Assembly: GCF_001194135.2 (NCBI RefSeq)
Contig: NC_069005.1
Span: 2,744,483-2,808,482, forward strand
Length of the DNA stretch: 64,000 nucleotides
From: Octopus bimaculoides
Taxonomy: Eukaryota
Direction of reading: 5' to 3'
This document shows, in pieces, positions 38,642-52,455 of the stretch. The notes under the pieces were generated by a model. That model searched no databases, was not told where the DNA came from, and saw only the letters and a list, made by a program, of their open reading frames with translations. The position numbers and the translations under genes were made by a program. How positions within the stretch are numbered: the first letter of the stretch is position 1; each line of letters begins with the position of its first letter.

Positions 38642-40300
38642 TATAAAATAGACTAGGCTAGAGCGAGTTTAATAATATATTATTTAAAAGTCTCACTGTC
38701 GTGTTTCGTGTGTCTCAATATATTCAATTCTGTGACGATATGCCTTTCACAACACACAAGTTAGACAATTTTGTTTGAAACATCAAAAAACAGTAACTGT
38801 AATCTGAAGGAACTATTAGTGCGCACTGTCTTTGGTTGATATACAGCAATTGTTTCTCTAATAAATACGTCATTAGGGAAGAAGAATGACCGTGAGAAGA
38901 TGCAGAAAATTGCTAGATAAAGGTCTACGGCAAAATGGAGAAGACGAAGCGATGCCCGGCATTAGTGGATTTCCAATGTAACTGAAAGCAACTATGTACC
39001 AATAGAGATATTCTTGTACAGTATAGTTCAAGTTAAATGAATGACAGGTAGCATCATATCAGGCGATCTCGTTAAGGTTTTATTGTACGAATTTTTCGAA
39101 TTACAACAAATTCTATGCTTCAGTCTCGAGGAAATTCGCATGAATTAAATGAAGAATTAATGACAATGTCCACGTATTTGCTTTCAAATGCGTGATGCTG
39201 AGGCGGAATTTAATCTCAGCTGAGAGTCATTCTGTAGAGAACATTTGAATAGAGAAGGTAGGTCTATGTCGAAACAAAAGGATGTGCTCCGAATGATATG
39301 CCTTGTAAAGTTACTTTCAGAATGTTTCTAGTTGTTTAGACTTAATGACCCGCCATGTTTTATGCGGCCGCCTTTTTCGAAAATCGCTATGCCTACATCA
39401 AGATCCGTGAAAAATCTGTATAAACAATACATTCCGTCAGTCTAATTTAATATTAGTTAGCAAAATATATGAAGGGTGTGGCGTAATAAACAAAATATCT
39501 TTTTGTTTTTGCGTCTTTAGGTGAAGCTACTAAAATTTTGCGAATATAAATATTACACGCTTATACTCGTTCTTCGTTGAAACTCTCTCATGTACTTAAC
39601 TCCTACCCCGCCCATATTAATTTCATATAAACCTCGTAAGAATTCATTGAATGCATTTATACCAGTAATTAATTATAATCCGTATATATACAAATATATT
39701 TATTTTCTAGAAGAAAATATCAAAAGTGTTCCTTTTAAATCCTTTACATATTATTGTGTTAATCTATGTACTGATTTAAAACTGCCTTGCACAAACTGAC
39801 CGATTCAACAAATATATTGACGTACATACATACAGGCAGAGACGCACTGAGACACACACGCATTACTAAAGCCATACAAGGCAATGCATGTATGTATCTA
39901 TGCATACCTATATGTATATANNNNNNNNNNNNNNNNNNNNNNNNNNNNNNNNNNNNNNNNNNNNNNNNNNNNNNNNNNNNNNNNNNNNNNNNNNNNNNNN
40001 NNNNNNNNNNNNNNNNNNNNNNNNNNNNNNNAGAATATTTACGCCTAAGAATATTTTCTATTGAAAATATAAATATTTTTTGTATTTATATACAACAGAA
40101 CCAGTCTGTCATTTCTGCAGACTAAGCCTATTATTATTAAATATATATAATATAATGAATACAATGAAAAACATTTTATTCGTATACACGCAAAAATCTA
40201 TGTATGTATATATGTATGTATTTATGTATGTATGTATGTATGTATGTATGTATGTATGTATGTATATATGTATGTATGTGTGTATATATATATATATGTG

Positions 40301-40343
<43 letters not shown>

Positions 40344-43314
40344 CATCTATCCATCTATCTATATATCGACCGTTATAAAAACCTCCCCAAGGAATGTGCA
40401 GACGCAGGTTCGAAAGCAAAGCCTTTTCGAATTGAATTCGAATGCAGAAGATTAGTTGGACGCAGTGTGAGGCGACTGTTGTTGTGAGTAGGCCTCACTC
40501 ATCTTAAAGCAAATACCAACGTTAGTGATATCCAGACTACACTGGAGAATGCAATTCACTGGGGTTGGTTAAAAATAAACGATGAGCAATGGGTTGAGGA
40601 CAATTGAATGAAACCTGATAACCAGTTGATCTAGCAAGCTGGACCTAATTTAAGGGAGGGCAATGATGCTGTCGAGAGGCTCTAGTTTAAAAGTGGGCTC
40701 CACAGTCCCTTCGGGTACCAATTATAGTACGACGCGATGCATTAAACATATGATAGATGAAATGCAGGATTGCATAACGTATCTGATTGTTATGTAATTT
40801 TCAGTAAGCTGATGAAACACGTGTATTCCTTATGAAGTTTTAAATGCCACACATCTTTTCTCCTTTCATCCTTCAAATATCAGCTGTAACTTTTTATAAT
40901 TTTAAACGGCTGAAATACAAATCATAAAATAATTACCCATTTTGATATAATGAGTGGGAGATGAATAAAAAAAACTCAGGTTTATGTTTTAGACATTATC
41001 ATGCAAACATGATATCGAAGGGGGCAGAGAATTTACAAAAGTCTAGGTTTGACGAAAACATTCACATAAATGCAAGGTTCATTGTAAAAAAAAAAGAAAA
41101 AAGAAGCATACCGTGAAGTATCAATGGCGCTTGTGTTTATAGATTTCAATAATTTCTCAATTGGTGGACAAACAAAATTTTCGTCTACAAAGTTATCTTA
41201 CTTCAAATGCTTTAACAACCTCAACAAGCAGTTAAACACTCCACCTAGCACACTGAACACTTAACTCTATACAACAGTCCAAAGAGATCACTATACGATT
41301 AAACATGTAAGATGCTACGGATATTTGATATCAAATGAAATGTTATGTAGTATATAAGTTAGTGATTACGTGTGTCTGTGCGCGTCTATATATGCATATA
41401 TGTACGTAGATATATAAGTATACATGCAGATATATAAACATATGCATACATGCATGTATGTGCGTATTAAATATAGGTAAAAACCTGTAATGGACGTGTG
41501 TGTATATGTGGGTGCGTACCTACACACTAACAGAGACACACACCTATATATACTATATATATGTAGATATCTGTCTATACTTATTTAAACTCATACATAT
41601 ATAATATGCACATAAAGAAATATATATATGTATATATATNNNNNNNNNNNNNNNNNNNNNNNNNNNNNNNNNNNNNNNNNNNNNNNNNNNNNNNNNNNNN
41701 NNNNNNNNNNNNNNNNNNNNNNNNNNNNNNNNNNNNNNNNNNNNNNNNNNNNNNNNNNNNNNNNNNNNNNNNNNNNNNNNNNNNNNNNNNNNATATATAT
41801 ATATATATATATATATAAGTATATGTATGTGTATATTTACATTTATATATACATATATATATATATATTTATATAATAGTTATGTAAATATCTCGATTTA
41901 AAATTATATATACGCACATTGTACGCACACACATGCACATACACAAACGCACATACACTCACTCATATACAAACAAGCATACTACATGTTCGACGTATGA
42001 ATATTAATAATACATTAACGAGGAAAGCTTAAGCTTTGACATCAATAGCAAACATGAAATAAAAAACCTTGTGGGATATCACACAGTACGATATTAACAG
42101 CGTCAAATGTCACTTGTCGAGTACGTAGCTATATTAATCTAGTACTAGATTTACGTCGTTGGAAAATCAAAAAGAAAACAAAAAAAATGTAAAGTACAGA
42201 AAAAAGACATTAAAACAGAAGAACTGGAAAATTTTTCCATCACCTGAAATGAAATAAAATGATATTGAGATGGCGTCCAATTCGGTCTTTGTACAACACT
42301 GCTTGAAGGTAAATCAAACAGACCGTATCCAGAAATATAGATATAGACTATGTTTTGTTTAGTGGTGTTAACGTGTTGTACGTGTGAGAGTCATGTTTGA
42401 TGACTCTGTGATACGACGGGCAGTGCAGCTTCCTGACCTATATTCCTCATCATTTATTCATACACACCTCACTGGTTTTGATTGATGACTACGATTCATT
42501 TGATAGTGTGTAAGAATACGTGTATATATATATATATATNNNNNNNNNNNNNNNNNNNNNNNNNNNNNNNNNNNNNNNNNNNNNNNNNNNNNNNNNNNNN
42601 NNNNNNNNNNNNNNNNNNNNNNNNNNNNNNNNNNNNNNNNNNNNNNNNNNNNNNNNNNNNNNNNNNNNNNNNNNNNNNNNNNNNNNNNNNNNNNNNNNNN
42701 NNNNNNNNNNNNNNNNNNNNNNNNNNNNNNNNNNNNNNNNNNNNNNNNNNNNNNNNNNNNNNNNNNNNNNNNNNNNNNNNNNNNNNNNNNNNNNNNNNNN
42801 NNNNNNNNNNNNNNNNNNNNNNNNNNNNNNNNNNNNNNNNNNNNNNNNNNNNNNNNNNNNNNNNNNNNNNNNNNNNNNNNNNNNNNNNNNNNNNNNNNNN
42901 NNNNNNNNNNNNNNNNNNNNNNNNNNNNNNNNNNNNNNNNNNNNNNNNNNNNNNNNNNNNNNNNNNNNNNNNNNNNNNNNNNNNNNNNNNNNNNNNNNNN
43001 NNNNNNNNNNNNNNNNNNNNNNNNNNNNNNNNNNNNNNNNNNNNNNNNNNNNNNNNNNNNNNNNNNNNNNNNNNNNNNNNNNNNNNNNNNNNNNNNNNNN
43101 NNNNNNNNNNNNNNNNNNNNNNNNNNNNNNNNNNNNNNNNNNNNNNNNNNNNNNNNNNNNNNNNNNNNNNNNNNNNNNNNNNNNNNNNNNNNNNNNNNNN
43201 NNNNNNNNNNNNNNNNNNNNNNNNNNNNNNNNNNNNNNNNNNNNNNNNNNNNNNNNNNNNNNNNNNNNNNNNNNNNNNNNNNNNNNNNNNNNNNNNNNNN
43301 NNNNNNNNNNNNNN

Positions 43315-43349
<35 letters not shown>

Positions 43350-43350
43350 T

Positions 43351-43437
<87 letters not shown>

Positions 43438-44010
43438 TACAGACAGAAAGAGAGAGAGAAAGATTTGAAACTGTATCAGCCTAACAAAACAAAAAAAGGT
43501 TTGTATATAAAAGTATATACGTATATTAATAAACATATCTATGCAGCGACTGCACACCATGACTCTGTGGGATTCATATCATTATAGGATTATCTCCACC
43601 AGCTAAACTTCATCCATACAAGTATAAAAACATAGATACACAAATGCATACATTCGTATACGCATTGACGCATTGACGCCAAATAAAAATCAAAAACACG
43701 CAAAGAAATATGGCGATGAATCTAGGCCAGAATCTAGAAGCCTATCAAGAGAGTGAATAGTGCCAAGGTAAATAAGATTTTCTAATTGGATGTCCTTTGT
43801 AACTGTTTCCATTCCATGACCTGCTCTACTTAACGTCATTTAGAAATGGCATTAACGTCCCACATTCACATTAATGTTGGCCAAATGAAATTTGGTGGAG
43901 GGTTTGTAATCGTGCTCGAATCCTCGTGCACACATGTGTACTTACTTATTTATTTATGCATCCATGTACGTATGTATGTATATATGTATGTAGGTAGGTA
44001 GGTAGGTAGG

Positions 44011-44054
<44 letters not shown>

Positions 44055-45616
44055 GTCTTTGTCTCTATAGATATATAGAGAGATAGATAGATATAGATAT
44101 ATACACACACACACACATATGCATATACAAATATACATGTGTATATGTATCTATATATCTGTATCTATATATATAATTATATATATACATGCGTGTTTGT
44201 GTATGTGTGTATGCGTGTGCTATAAATATGAAAGGAGAGAGCGACAGATAGCGAAATAAATTGATAAATATTTAGATAGACAGAGACAGATAGATAGCTA
44301 GATAGATAGGCAGAGACAGCCATATAGGTTTGTACAAAGAGGGTAATACATACATGCATACATACATATATGAACATACACACATGCACATATATTTCTG
44401 TGTGTGAGTTTGGGTGTGCGTCTGTGTGTATCCGTATCATGATTGTCGTATTAAAATTGGTTCATACCAAGTCGTAATGTCATATTGTAATTCTCTGATA
44501 ATATTCATAAGTACACATTTTGTACGTGCATGCATACATGCACACATAATGCATAAATACATACGTACACGCACATACACACATACATACAAACACACAC
44601 TTAAATGCATGCAAACTTACATACATACATACATGCATACATATAACGCGCTACATACAAGTGCAGATCGGTGATATATATGGAAACCCATAGTAATACA
44701 ATTTTGCATTGAAGTCCATAAGATGTGACATATCCACCATTATTTCTATTGGACGGTCCTGTCTACGCCCCCCCCCCACCCTTTACCATTTTGCATTAGG
44801 AATACACACACATACAAACATAAACAAGCACACCCACACAAACACACACATACGTAGGCGCGCGCACATATGCACAGACGCATATATAGACGTATGTAAA
44901 TTACATATTAATATGTCTGCGTATAAACGCTTATGCATAAACGCTATGGCATATACCCATTCACTTCCATGTGCATGCGTTAGTATTCTTGCATATATAA
45001 TAACCACAAATATATTATGCATGATATACATCCAAATATATATATATATATACGTACATAAACGCATACATACATACAAACATGCATATATTCTCTCACA
45101 CACACATATATATCTACATCGATGGAAAATGCATTTTTGCTTTGTTTGTCTTAATAACTAACGAGATGCCGGAGCAGATTTCCGCCCCGTCATCTGAAAC
45201 TCGGAGTTTTATTATGGTAACCGAATAATTGTCACATATTATATTATTCACATATTATTCTTTTGTTGTCATACCATTACTAGTATGGAACTCGGCATCT
45301 CATAGACGCATTGCATTATTTGGGTATTTCTCAAACATGGCAGCATTGCTGAATCGTCATTTCATTTGCTAGGGTTTCATCATCGTTGTTTTCCATATCG
45401 TGTTCCACTTTGATCCATCGACTTCTCGTCGACCCTATAATCGGATTTGTTAATATTTAATTATCTCATCAAAAATTAGCTTGATTTTGCGATGTTCATA
45501 GTAAAGTTTCTCTAAATTCTGACTGCTCACTTGCTTGTGTGGGTTGTTCAAGAAGATTAGATCTAGAAAAGTACTTGTTTTAAATCTCACAAGGAGAGAT
45601 ATTCAGCAACAGTATT

Positions 45617-45972
45617 TTGTAGTAAAGATTGTTTGCCAACTTAACATGGCAATCCTGGTTTAGGAAGAATATTGCTGTAATTTAGCCTCAGGAGACATCG
45701 TCTCCAGATGTCTATAAGACACGATCTGTGTCCCTATATTTTCAAACAAGGGATTCTAAAATCCCCACTCAGCTCAAAACAACCCAGAAATCGTGATACA
45801 CAGATATTGTTTTGGGCTGAGTGGGGTTGCTAGATTCCCTTGTTTGAAAATATAAGGACACAGATAGTGTCGTATAATCAGCTGGAGACGATGTCTCCTG
45901 GGGCTAAATTACAGCAATATTAGTACTAAACCAGGACTGCCATGGTATGTTGGCAAACAATCTTTACAACAA
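45617..45972. repeat. Long inverted repeat (foldback): 166-bp arms and a 24-nt spacer
   Basis: 45617-45782 aligns without gaps to the reverse complement of 45807-45972, about 19 mismatches by hand count. Confidence 0.95.
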
Positions 45973-46107
45973 CATTAGATCTGTTTGACATAAGGACACA
46001 AACAAAGGCCATCAGTAAAACTCAAACGAACATCCTACTATATTCCCTTCTTTGCATGTTTCCCACGTTGGTCTTGCAATTTTTGCTCTATAATCATAAT
46101 GAATGAA

Positions 46108-46560
46108 GTGCGAGGTTGGCTTTGTGGTAAGAAGCTCACTTCGCAACCACACAGTTCAGGGTTCAGTTGCATCTTGGGCAAGTGTATTCTTGTATAGCCT
46201 CAGGCTGACCAAATTATTATTTGTGGATTTGGTAGCTGAAACTAAAAGAAGCTCGTCGAATATATATATATATATATATANNNNNNNNNNNNNNNNNNNN
46301 NNNNNNNNNNNNNNNNNNNNNNNNNNNNNNNNNNNNNNNNNNNTATATATGTATGTATGTGTGTGTGTCTTTATGTCTGTTTGTCTGCCCACCGGTTGAA
46401 AACCACCGTTGGTGTGTCGACATTCCTGTAACCTAGCGGTTTTGCAAAGAGATTGATAGGATAAGTCCAAGGTTTAAAAAAATATTACTGCGATTGTTTC
46501 CTTAAAATAAAATATCTCGAAAGAGGTGCTCCACCATGGCCGCAGTCTAAATAAGGGAAA
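46108..46560 (+). mobile_element. SINE family B, full length with a gap in its internal microsatellite
   Basis: Head TGTGGTAAGAAGCT...CTTGGGCAAGTG, (TA)n/N, tail GGTGCTCCACCATGGCCGCAGTC. Confidence 0.85.
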
Positions 46561-46699
46561 ATTCCTCATTTTCTTTTTTTATTGCTTTCTGCTTTCTTTT
46601 TTTTTTCTTTTTGCTACAAAAATATGACAACACTGTAGACGTAGCAGATTCGATTCTTCATCAACAATAAGTCTATTTTTTGGTGTAGCATACGTATGT

Positions 46700-46845
46700 A
46701 AAGATGGAGTGAATGTCCTAATTAAGATTAATGAACGGATTGAAATCTGCCGCAAAGTTGAAGAAGGCTAACTAAACTTGATGGTAATTTTCAGGATGCC
46801 TCAAAGACTAAAACGACAATTTCAAGATTAAAGAAGTTATTTCAG
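46700..46845 (+). mobile_element. Possible pogo/Tigger transposase N-terminal HTH remnant
   Basis: Reads VLIKINERIEICRKVEEG* then (frameshift) KTTISRLKK, like the CENP-B-type motif LTLEEKLEIIKRLEKG...KSTISDIKK. Confidence 0.4.
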
Positions 46846-47491
46846 GTAATTAAAAATTAATTTCACGATAGAATTAAACGTTCGTGCATCGAAGCTTATA
46901 TATTTTTTGTTCTAACAAATGTGATCTTGTTTTCCAAACTTAAATTTTCATGCTTAAGGATAAATTTCAGTTTTTTTATCCTTTCTTTGTGTAGCAAAAA
47001 TGCAAATATCAAACCATCAAAAATCTTTTGCAGAATATCATTCCCTACAACTCACAATTCTTGCCCATGGCGCATTTCATTTATTTTGCATTATTTAAAA
47101 CGGTTTTCTAATTATGCAAAATATAGTGGACACCAAAAACATTCGTGAATATTTTCCTAAGAAAACCTCTTATTTTTTTTTTTGAATGCAATTAACGACT
47201 ACCACATGGTTGTTCTAACTTTCTGCAACTAAGAAGTTATTTCCAAATTATTACTACATTTTTTGCTTTAGTCTTGAGTTCATGCATGGCGACCAATCTT
47301 CATTATCAAAAAATCTTTTCGTTAACCAAATTTAGTAATCTTCCTTTGTATAACTCTTTCTAATTATTCCTACATTGCAGCCCAAAGTTTGTTAAAAAAA
47401 AAAACGAAAAAAAAAACGTGTGTTTCAATAAAGAAACTGGTTATAGAAATCGGGCGCACACACAGACACATCTGTATCATTAAAAAAAACG

Positions 47492-47710
47492 AAGGCAGCA
47501 AGCTCGAAGAATCGTTACCGTGTCGGACAAAATGTTTTGCAGCGTTTCGTCCGCCTTGATGCTCAGAGTTCAAATTTTGCCGTGGTCGACTTTGCCTTTA
47601 GTCAATTTGGAGTCAATAATATAACTACGAGTTACGCACTGGGATTGATATAATCGACTACCCTCCTCCCCCCAATGTTTCAGGCCCCGCGCCTATAGTA
47701 GAAAGGATTA
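47492..47710 (+). mobile_element. SINE family A, full length
   Basis: GGCAGCAAGCT...GAGTTCAAATT...GTCGACTTTGCC...GCCTATAGTAGAAAGGATTATT. Confidence 0.88.
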
Positions 47711-47926
47711 TTAACTACAATAGCATTACCAATGACTTCGTGGTTTCACACAGCTTTACCATCATCGAATAGACTTGTTGGCAAATTATAAATATATACT
47801 CTACAATATGGATTGAGTAATCTTTGAGTTTAAAGTAAAATTGTTTTTATCATAACTCGAAATACAAAACAAGCGTGAGTAACAACTTTAGTATATAAAT
47901 TTATATACACATTATATAAGCATCAT

Positions 47927-48266
47927 TATATAAATCTTTATACACATAATATAAACATTAGTGTGGAGGCGCAATGGCCCGGTGGTTAGGGCAGCGGACT
48001 CGCGGTCATAAGATCGCGGTGTCGATTCCCAGACCGGGTGATGTGAGTGTTTATTGAGCGAAAACATCTAAAGCTCCACGAGGCTCCGGCAGGGGGTGGT
48101 GGCGAACACTGCTGTACTCTTTGACATAACATTAGTTATATAAATTTATATACACATAATATAAACGTTAGTGTGGAGGCACAATGGCCGAGTTGTTATG
48201 GTAGCAGAGTCATGGTCGTAGGATCGCAGTTTCGATTCCCATACCGGGTGTTGTGAGTGTTTATTG
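47927..48266 (+). repeat. 210-bp tandem duplication (flank plus SINE D head) running into a gap
   Basis: GTGTGGAGGC at 47961 and 48171, with the TACACATAATATAAAC flank duplicated. Confidence 0.9.
47965..48125 (+). mobile_element. SINE family D, tRNA-derived head and body (truncated)
   Basis: A-box TGGCCCGGTGGTT, B-box GTGTCGATTCCC, no tRNA acceptor stem; second copy at 48175-48266. Confidence 0.8.
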
Positions 48267-49149
48267 NNNNNNNNNNNNNNNNNNNNNNNNNNNNNNNNNN
48301 NNNNNNNNNNNNNNNNNNNNNNNNNNNNNNNNNNNNNNNNNNNNNNNNNNNNNNNNNNNNNNNNNNNNNNNNNNNNNNNNNNNNNNNNNNNNNNNNNNNN
48401 NNNNNNNNNNNNNNNNNNNNNNNNNNNNNNNNNNNNNNNNNNNNNNNNNNNNNNNNNNNNNNNNNNNNNNNNNNNNNNNNNNNNNNNNNNNNNNNNNNNN
48501 NNNNNNNNNNNNNNNNNNNNNNNNNNNNNNNNNNNNNNNNNNNNNNNNNNNNNNNNNNNNNNNNNNNNNNNNNNNNNNNNNNNNNNNNNNNNNNNNNNNN
48601 NNNNNNNNNNNNNNNNNNNNNNNNNNNNNNNNNNNNNNNNNNNNNNNNNNNNNNNNNNNNNNNNNNNNNNNNNNNNNNNNNNNNNNNNNNNNNNNNNNNN
48701 NNNNNNNNNNNNNNNNNNNNNNNNNNNNNNNNNNNNNNNNNNNNNNNNNNNNNNNNNNNNNNNNNNNNNNNNNNNNNNNNNNNNNNNNNNNNNNNNNNNN
48801 NNNNNNNNNNNNNNNNNNNNNNNNNNNNNNNNNNNNNNNNNNNNNNNNNNNNNNNNNNNNNNNNNNNNNNNNNNNNNNNNNNNNNNNNNNNNNNNNNNNN
48901 NNNNNNNNNNNNNNNNNNNNNNNNNNNNNNNNNNNNNNNNNNNNNNNNNNNNNNNNNNNNNCACACATATATATATGTATGTACAATTTATAATAGACAC
49001 GTACAAATTGTACATTACTTCTACACTTAACCATATTAATAAAGCAAGCCTACAAGGTGTTGACAAATTTTTATTGTTCTATTCAATTAAACTGTTCGAA
49101 TGTGTTATTCCAAACAAAACCATCAGTAATGCCACCTAGCTTCTATCAT

Positions 49150-49152
49150 TGT

Positions 49153-49202
<50 letters not shown>

Positions 49203-49260
49203 TTATTATTATTGTTGTTGTTGTCCTCGGTGGTGGTGGTGTTGGATTTGTTGTTGTTTT
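49150..49260 (+). repeat. Compound (TAC)(TAT)(TGT)(TGG) microsatellite
   Basis: Direct reading. Confidence 0.9.
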
Positions 49261-49540
49261 TTTACTGTTTTTGCGTTGTTGATGTTTTTATTGTTTTCGG
49301 GATTTTAACTATTACTTTTATCATTATTATCATTTTTTTCTTTATTATTTTTTCCAGATTTATAGAAAATTTTCGCATCCACTTTATTCTCCTTTCGAAA
49401 CGTTGAAGATAATTTGCGAAAGAGCGACGTTGAATAATTATATTTTATCAAGATGGCGCCATTAATATTAGTCCTGTTGTTCAACTAAATGATTCTAGTA
49501 GAAGAGAAGGAGTAAACAGCAAAAGTAATTTGAATAATAC

Positions 49541-49586
<46 letters not shown>

Positions 49587-49624
49587 AAGAAGAAGAAAAA
49601 GAAGAAGAAGTAGAAGAATAAGAA

Positions 49625-49655
<31 letters not shown>

Positions 49656-50156
49656 AAGAAGAAGAAGAAGAAGAAGAAGAAGAAGAAAATGAAGAAGATG
49701 AAGAAGAAGAAGAAGAAGAAGAAGAAGAAGAAGAAGAAGAAGAAGAAGAGGAAAAGGAAGAAGAAGTGGATGAAGAAAGACAAAGAAGCAGAAGAAGAAA
49801 AATAAGGAAGTAGAAGAAGAGGGAGAAAGAAGGGGAGAAAAAGAAAATGGAGAAGAAAAGTAGAAAGGCAAAAAGAAGAAGAAGAAGAAGAAGAAGAAGA
49901 AGAAGAAGAAAATAAGGAAATAGAAGAAGAGGAAGAAAGAATGAGAGAAAAGGAAAACAGAGAAGAAAAGTAGAAAAGTAGAAAGGATAAGAAGAAGGTG
50001 AAGACGCTGAAACAGAAGTAGAAGAAGAAGAAAAAGAAGAAGAATTAAAACAAGATGGAGGAAGAGAGAACAACGGAAAATAAAAAGAAACAAAATAAGT
50101 AGAACGAATTATATGAAGAAAGAAAAAAGAAAGAAAGGAAGAAAGAAGATGATGAA

Positions 50157-50208
<52 letters not shown>

Positions 50209-50235
50209 GTAGTGGTGATGATGATAATGTTTATG
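49541..50235 (+). repeat. (AAT)n followed by an about 600-bp GAA-rich purine tract and (GAT)n
   Basis: Direct reading. Confidence 0.95.
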
Positions 50236-50628
50236 GTGGTAAAGTGGAAAGAAAGACAAAGAAGAAAGGGAAAATAGAGAAAGAAGATTGTACACTTGAT
50301 GCAGTTATTTTGTGCTATTGAATGAAACTCAACGATACGTTTATGGTTAATGTGGGTGTTGTAAGTTCTTCATTGCTGCCGTTGCTTTTAATTCTACTTG
50401 TTTCTCAATGTTGTTTATGTTTCTCTTAATAATGCTGATATTGTTTATCCTCTTGCTGTTGTTGATCGCGTTTCAGCGTTTCAATATTTTCATTATATTT
50501 TAATTTGCCATTCTGCTATACTCTACTTATGATTGTTTTACATGACGTTTGTGTATCTGTTTTTTCTATGTGTGCGTAAGTGCTGCTTTGTGTATGGAAG
50601 TATTTGTAATTAGGTACGTGTATGTGTG

Positions 50629-50663
<35 letters not shown>

Positions 50664-51064
50664 ATAAGTGTGTAGCTGTGCAGTTTATTAGTGTGAGTAT
50701 ATATGTTTCTGACATCTTTTGTATTTATTAATTTTCGTTCTTTCAATTTGAGGAATCGCAATTACGACATACTTATTAGACTTGAAACAAGGTTACAAAT
50801 GTATACGTGCGCACACAAAACACTCACACACACACACACGCACACACATACACACACACTTCCGTACATACACACAGACACGAAAACACACTCACATATA
50901 CACTACAAGTGTCTCTTTTACTTTGCTATCTATATATCTATCTACATATCTATCTCCCAATCAACCTATTCATAAATCCCTCTCTCCCTCCCCTCTACCT
51001 CTCTTTCTCTCCCTCAGTAACTATATATTGATATACATGTGTATATTAAGATGCAGAGAGGGAG

Positions 51065-51200
51065 AGATCAAATTCCGCCGTGGTCGAATTGGTCTGCCAT
51101 CATTTCTGGGTCGCAAAAATCTGGTACATTGATCACTGGGGTCGATAAAATCAACTTGCACCCGCACCGCTCAAAATTGCAGGCCTTGTGCCTATAGTAG
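51065..51200 (+). mobile_element. SINE family A, 3' part
   Basis: CAAATTCCGCCGTGGTCGA...GGGGTCGATAAAATC...GGCCTTGTGCCTATAGTAG. Confidence 0.8.
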
Positions 51201-52411
51201 TTCATTCTGTTCTACTAAACAAGAACGGAATGGACTCAGCGGAGCAGGAGCACACACGGGGACGGAACGTGTCCCTGAAGAGGACACATATGTGTGACAA
51301 ATAATTTCCGGACAATGGACGTGAGTTAAAATAAGAACAGTAATAAACGAGTGACGAACGAATATGTATGATCGTCCATAAATACAATATCTGCTCCAAC
51401 ACACGGTTTCATATCAGGAATCTTAAAATACAAAATTCATGAAAGTATACATATCTATATATAAATATATATACATGTGTCTACATATATATTTGTGTCT
51501 GTCTGTGAGTTTATGAGAGTGTGTGCGTATGTGTTTGTGTGTGTGTGCGTGTGTGTGTGTGTGCGTGCGTGAGTGTGTGAGCGTATGTATATTCATATAG
51601 TTGAGCATTATGACAAAATAAAACGAAAAGACAGATATTTGAGGGGAACAAAATAGAAAAAAAAACAGGCTCTGTTAGTTTGACACTCAGGAAAATGGAA
51701 GAACGCCTTCGAGCCACCGCCCTACTCTCTTCTACTGACAGTAAAGTGGAGAGATGTATATATATATATATNNNNNNNNNNNNNNNNNNNNNNNNNNNNN
51801 NNNNNNNNNNNNNNNNNNNNNNNNNNNNNNNNNNNNNNNNNNNNNNNNNNNNNNNNNNNNNNNNNNNNNNNNNNNNNNNNNNNNNNNNNNNNNNNNNNNN
51901 NNNNNNNNNNNNNNNNNNNNNNNNNNNNNNNNNNNNNNNNNNNNNNNNNNNNNNNNNNNNNNNNNNNNNNNNNNNNNNNNNNNNNNNNNNNNNNNNNNNN
52001 NNNNNNNNNNNNNNNNNNNNNNNNNNNNNNNNNNNNNNNNNNNNNNNNNNNNNNNNNNNNNNNNNNNNNNNNNNNNNNNNNNNNNNNNNNNNNNNNNNNN
52101 NNNNNNNNNNNNNNNNNNNNNNNNNNNNNNNNNNNNNNNNNNNNNNNNNNNNNNNNNNNNNNNNNNNNNNNNNNNNNNNNNNNNNNNNNNNNNNNNNNNN
52201 NNNNNNNNNNNNNNNNNNNNNNNNNNNNNNNNNNNNNNNNNNNNNNNNNNNNNNNNNNNNNNNNNNNNNNNNNNNNNNNNNNNNNNNNNNNNNNNNNNNN
52301 NNNNNNNNNNNNNNNNNNNNNNNNNNNNNNNNNNNNNNNNNNNNNNNNNNNNNNNNNNNNNNNNNNNNNNNNNNNNNNNNNNNNNNNNNNNNNNNNNNNN
52401 NNNNNNNNNNN

Positions 52412-52455
<44 letters not shown>

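Noticed and set aside
40520-40640. RT-like QWVEDN*MK motif
   Set aside because: Too degenerate to support a LINE call.
42270-42308. ATG-to-donor mini exon MASNSVFVQHCLK (a similar MANQLVSFYTITAKQE lies at 54328-54375)
   Set aside because: Too short to distinguish from chance, with no downstream partner exon identified.
45163-45301. 9-bp inverted repeat GAGATGCCG/CGGCATCTC
   Set aside because: Short, with no TSD and no second copy.
47965-48040. tRNA gene
   Set aside because: It has A and B boxes but no acceptor-stem pairing, and it continues into SINE body sequence.
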